The notes below the pieces were generated by a model, which saw only the letters and a program-made list of their open reading frames with translations, did not search any database and was not told the origin of the DNA. The translations under genes and the position numbers were made by a program. Positions 50,553 to 53,931 of a stretch of 53,931 nucleotides of DNA are shown in pieces; the first letter of the stretch is position 1, and every line of letters begins with the position of its first letter. Source of the DNA: a virus (Duplodnaviria > Caudoviricetes); the IMG/VR virus record IMGVR_UViG_3300017780_006886, positions 1 through 53,931 of that record, one strand, 5' to 3'.

Positions 50553-50771
50553 TTATTGGGCGGCTATGAGAGAATCTCGACGATCTCGCACGAGAGCATC
50601 AAGAGTTTTGAATGCAGCAAGATCCTGGCTGGTTAGATTTGCTATTTGTTGTTCTAGCTCTTCTTGAGTAAAATACAGCCAAAGACACTGCACAGGATCC
50701 AGCGGCAACCCAAATTCATGTGCAGGACGTAGTCTCGCAAAAGTGTCTACTACTTGTTGTTGTGTGAGCAT
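50553..50771 (-). CDS. Small hypothetical protein coupled to the fibre gene
   Basis: 72 aa; TAATG stop/start overlap with 50771-53023. Confidence 0.6.
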   Translation of the reverse strand: MLTQQQVVDTFARLRPAHEFGLPLDPVQCLWLYFTQEELEQQIANLTSQDLAAFKTLDALVRDRRDSLIAAQ

Positions 50772-53023
50772 TATACTGTTCCTTTGTCTTCGAATTTGTC
50801 GTAGCCGGTACCTGTTATGTAGGAAGTCGAAGGTGCGAGCATTCGTGTTCCGTCTTGCGTGGTTAGACTCGCACCAGCAAAGAAGGACACCTTAAGGTCT
50901 TCTGTGGGGACAGTGGTACTGGTTTGACCAAATGTATCAAGTAGTCCTAGCCAGTATACAAAGCCATCCACCTCGGGATTCCTGTAGAGACCGTATCTTG
51001 TAGAACCAGCAACACTATATGCGTCTCTACTTGCGTACAGGGGATAAATTACGCCTTGACCTATTGCTATCTGCGTACCAGTTAAACCATATTCTGCTTG
51101 AAGCTCAGTGAACCCGTAGGTGACATGTGCAGGTATTGCCAGGGTCAGCACAGTTTCAGCCTGGTTGGTCTGAGTCAGGGTCACAGTGGCAGTGCCAGCA
51201 GAATGCGGATTGGCTATCCTGATCTGAACATTTTGGTAGACGCCCAAGGTACCTGATGAGGCATTGCCATATGCGGTTGCGGTGTATGGACCAGTTGCAA
51301 CATAGTTCAATCCACCGTATCCTGTGTTATTTTGAAGTGTGGCTCCTCGCTGTCCTGTTGTAGAAGCAGCATTTAGAATATCTAGAGAAGTCACTAACAG
51401 CGTAGTCCAGGTAGCATTGATCAAACTTTGTGTGGTGGCACTTCTGACTGTGCCTGTTGCGGCAAACGTCACTGTGAATGTAAAGGTGCCCGGGCCCGAT
51501 AAGAACACACCACTGGCGCCGGCGGTGCCAGCTGCACTGAGTGTAAATGTATTGGTGGCCAATCCGGTGTAGTTGCTGCCGTCAGGTTTGACACCAGTCC
51601 ATGAATATGTGGCCTGAGTGTTTGGCGTTCCGGTCACAGTATAGGTCAGTACCGAGCCAATGGTAAATGTTGCTCCAATTCCACTTATGCTTTCGACGAC
51701 CCCTGCGCCAGCCTGGCTGGTGTCATTGATAGTGACCGAGGCACTGGTGCCAATTACTGAGCCACCTGCGCTGCCTGTACGAACAGATGCTGTGAATGTT
51801 TCGGCGCCTTCTGTTGTTGAGTCCGAACTAGGAGTCACCGAGAATGATCCACTGTTACTGGTTATCGTGAACGATCCAGAGCCTGCGACAAAATCTCCAC
51901 TGTTGGTCACAGTGAAGTAGTATGTGCCATTGGGAGTGTTTGTACCAGCCACATAGAATGTTATATTATTACCTTCATTCACATTTGTAGCACCGCGAGT
52001 GACAACGGCCGAAGCTCCTGGCACGGGCACGCCGACATTACCGCCGAATCCACTACCTATAGGAGCGACCTGAGTATCGGTACGCACCACAGAGAAGGCA
52101 CTTGCAACCACAGTGGATGGAGTGGGAGATACGATAGCATCAAATGATTTGTAGTAGTTCACCGCGCTGGTAATATCAAGAGTAACCACTTCGTCATACA
52201 CATCACCTGAGCCAGCAACTCCGCGCTCCCCTTCAATAGCAGAAGCATCATCAAATAACGCTGTTATTTTAATAGTAGTGGTGCTGGTACGATGTCCCCA
52301 TGCTTTGAAATAGTTTTGTCCGTAGCTAGAACCATAGGTTTCGCTTCGTATAACCACGTTGGCTGTACCACTACGATAGTCACCAGCGTCATAAGTGGAA
52401 TTGTCTGCATCGGCGAGTATACTCTGCCAGTCCTGATCTTTTGATCTGGAATTGGGAGCAGTGCCAGATGCCGCAAGATTTTCACTGTCGAGCTCCAGCA
52501 CCAAATATCCGCCTGCATTGAAAAAATTTCGAGCATCGTCTGCAGAGGCAAAGGTAACAATTGTTTCTTGTGCAATGGCACCGTTCCATGACGATGTGTA
52601 AGTTCGAGTTGCACCAGTTATTATTCTTGTGAGCTGGTTTGCTGCCGCAGTATCTTTGTTGGTAACAGCAGCATCAATCGTGGTTTTAAACAAATTAACG
52701 TCAGCAATACCAATTTCTCCTTCACCTGAGGTTAATTTTGTTGTAACTGTTGCAAATGACGTAACAAGATTATTATATGCAGTGCCAGTGCCAAGTTGGT
52801 GTTTGCGAGCAATCAAAGCATCATTTTTTAAACGTGTCCACGACAGGCCAAAAATCGTGTCATCTTGAATAACACCGCTACTTTCCATTGGCGTGGCAGC
52901 ACCATAGCCCGATGTACCGGACCCTACTCCAATAATGGGTATTAGGAGATTACGTAATGTATTGTAGTCGTTGGCAAAAACTGTATCGCCTGAAACTTTT
53001 GGAAATGCACCTGATCCGGCCAT
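50771..53023 (-). CDS. Virion structural/fibre protein with Calx-beta/Ig-like domains
   Basis: TFASADDARNFFNAGG N-terminal module; NEG..ITF...DSTTEGAETF...VTIND is Calx-beta-like; Thr/Gly/Ser-rich; TAAATA motifs upstream at 53047-53054 and 53094-53101. Confidence 0.7.
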   Translation of the reverse strand: MAGSGAFPKVSGDTVFANDYNTLRNLLIPIIGVGSGTSGYGAATPMESSGVIQDDTIFGLSWTRLKNDALIARKHQLGTGTAYNNLVTSFATVTTKLTSGEGEIGIADVNLFKTTIDAAVTNKDTAAANQLTRIITGATRTYTSSWNGAIAQETIVTFASADDARNFFNAGGYLVLELDSENLAASGTAPNSRSKDQDWQSILADADNSTYDAGDYRSGTANVVIRSETYGSSYGQNYFKAWGHRTSTTTIKITALFDDASAIEGERGVAGSGDVYDEVVTLDITSAVNYYKSFDAIVSPTPSTVVASAFSVVRTDTQVAPIGSGFGGNVGVPVPGASAVVTRGATNVNEGNNITFYVAGTNTPNGTYYFTVTNSGDFVAGSGSFTITSNSGSFSVTPSSDSTTEGAETFTASVRTGSAGGSVIGTSASVTINDTSQAGAGVVESISGIGATFTIGSVLTYTVTGTPNTQATYSWTGVKPDGSNYTGLATNTFTLSAAGTAGASGVFLSGPGTFTFTVTFAATGTVRSATTQSLINATWTTLLVTSLDILNAASTTGQRGATLQNNTGYGGLNYVATGPYTATAYGNASSGTLGVYQNVQIRIANPHSAGTATVTLTQTNQAETVLTLAIPAHVTYGFTELQAEYGLTGTQIAIGQGVIYPLYASRDAYSVAGSTRYGLYRNPEVDGFVYWLGLLDTFGQTSTTVPTEDLKVSFFAGASLTTQDGTRMLAPSTSYITGTGYDKFEDKGTV

Positions 53024-53112
53024 GTTTTAATCCTGAATTGATCATGTATTTAGTCGGGCACCAATCGGCACCTGCCCAGAAATACTATGCTATTATTTAT
53101 CAGGAAATTGAA

Positions 53113-53931
53113 TTAGGACTGTGGTGCGTAGATGCTGGTTTTGAGCCATTTGTGGTAGAGCTCAAATCCACGGGTGATATCCACAGTGGGCTCGTAGCCA
53201 AAGTCTTCACGAGCTCGATTGATCTTTAAACTGGCCCTGCTGGGATATTCTGCATCTCGGCTTTCAACTTCAACAGTGCCTGCACCTACTGTTTGGATAG
53301 CTAATTCGGCTGCTTGCAACAGGGTGTGACTTGCTGACCGTGTGATATTATAGGTCCTGGAGGCCGTTTTATCGCTTAAAGCAGCGCCTATTATGCCTGT
53401 TACAGCGTCATCTACATAGGTAAAATCTAGCATTTCGTGTTCGCCCTTGACTCGCAGTGTCTTACCCTGCATCGCGGCAATTAAAAACTTGCTGACCACA
53501 CGGTCCTCGATATCACGTGGACCATACACAGCACTTGGACGGATTATGGTGTACTCCATGCCTGTGCGGCGAGCATAATCTTTTACCAGCCATTCTCCTG
53601 CTAACTTCATGATTCCGTACTGTCCAATTGGGTTGCACGGATCGTCTTCCCCAATGTCCTCAGTAAAATCACCGTAGACCATGCTGGAGCTGATGTATAT
53701 AAAACGGCGCACACCGTGTGCTTTGGCAGCTTCTAGTAACTGCATCAGCCCAACCATCATTACTTCTGCACCCCAAGCAGGGTTCGCACTCACAACTTTT
53801 TGCCTTGGAAAACTTGCCATGTGTATGACTATTTCTGGTTTGTAATGGTTAACAATCCAGTCTACGCTGTGACTTTTGGCACCTAGATCAATACGATGTA
53901 CAGGTGCTGTATACAGTTCTTTACGTTCTGC
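53113..53931 (-). CDS. NAD-dependent epimerase/dehydratase (extended SDR), 5'-truncated
   Basis: ISSSMVYG, YGIMK (YxxxK), RPSAVYGP and DFTYVDD; the frame is open to the window end (AERKELY...VIHMASFP). Confidence 0.9.
   Translation of the reverse strand, partial: AERKELYTAPVHRIDLGAKSHSVDWIVNHYKPEIVIHMASFPRQKVVSANPAWGAEVMMVGLMQLLEAAKAHGVRRFIYISSSMVYGDFTEDIGEDDPCNPIGQYGIMKLAGEWLVKDYARRTGMEYTIIRPSAVYGPRDIEDRVVSKFLIAAMQGKTLRVKGEHEMLDFTYVDDAVTGIIGAALSDKTASRTYNITRSASHTLLQAAELAIQTVGAGTVEVESRDAEYPSRASLKINRAREDFGYEPTVDITRGFELYHKWLKTSIYAPQS

Noticed and set aside
53055-53080. GGGCA...TGCCC inverted repeat
   Set aside because: Short stem with no convincing U-tract; insufficient to call a terminator.
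1-53931. Stop-codon reassignment
   Set aside because: Genes, including an 18.8-kb ORF, are intact and tightly packed under the standard code, and TAA and TGA both terminate genes.

Overview
This window looks like a fragment of a large (probably jumbo) myovirus-type phage genome, with both ends cutting through genes. Positions 1-34176 are a uniformly plus-strand baseplate/tail module: hub protein, gp5-like spike, a separate lysozyme-like protein, gp25, gp6, a 6282-aa mosaic baseplate/fibre protein and two paralogous fibres. Positions ~34170-46420 form a tightly packed, strand-switching enzyme island. It holds holo-ACP synthase (AcpS), an acyl carrier protein, two membrane fatty-acid desaturases, a Rieske oxygenase, a PP-loop ATPase-like protein, two class-B-like radical SAM enzymes, a GNAT-like/SDR-like fusion, a 2OG-Fe(II) oxygenase, a methyltransferase, a Twitch-type radical SAM and a start-less SPASM/Twitch remnant missed by the ORF track. 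Three glycosyltransferases, another virion fibre protein and an NDP-sugar epimerase follow. T4-like late-promoter motifs (xxTAAATA) precede both the structural genes and the enzyme genes. The best candidate for an undescribed system is a late-expressed, phage-encoded ACP-based acyl-tailoring plus glycosylation pathway, possibly decorating the virion. All product calls come from motifs read by eye; no database searches were run.
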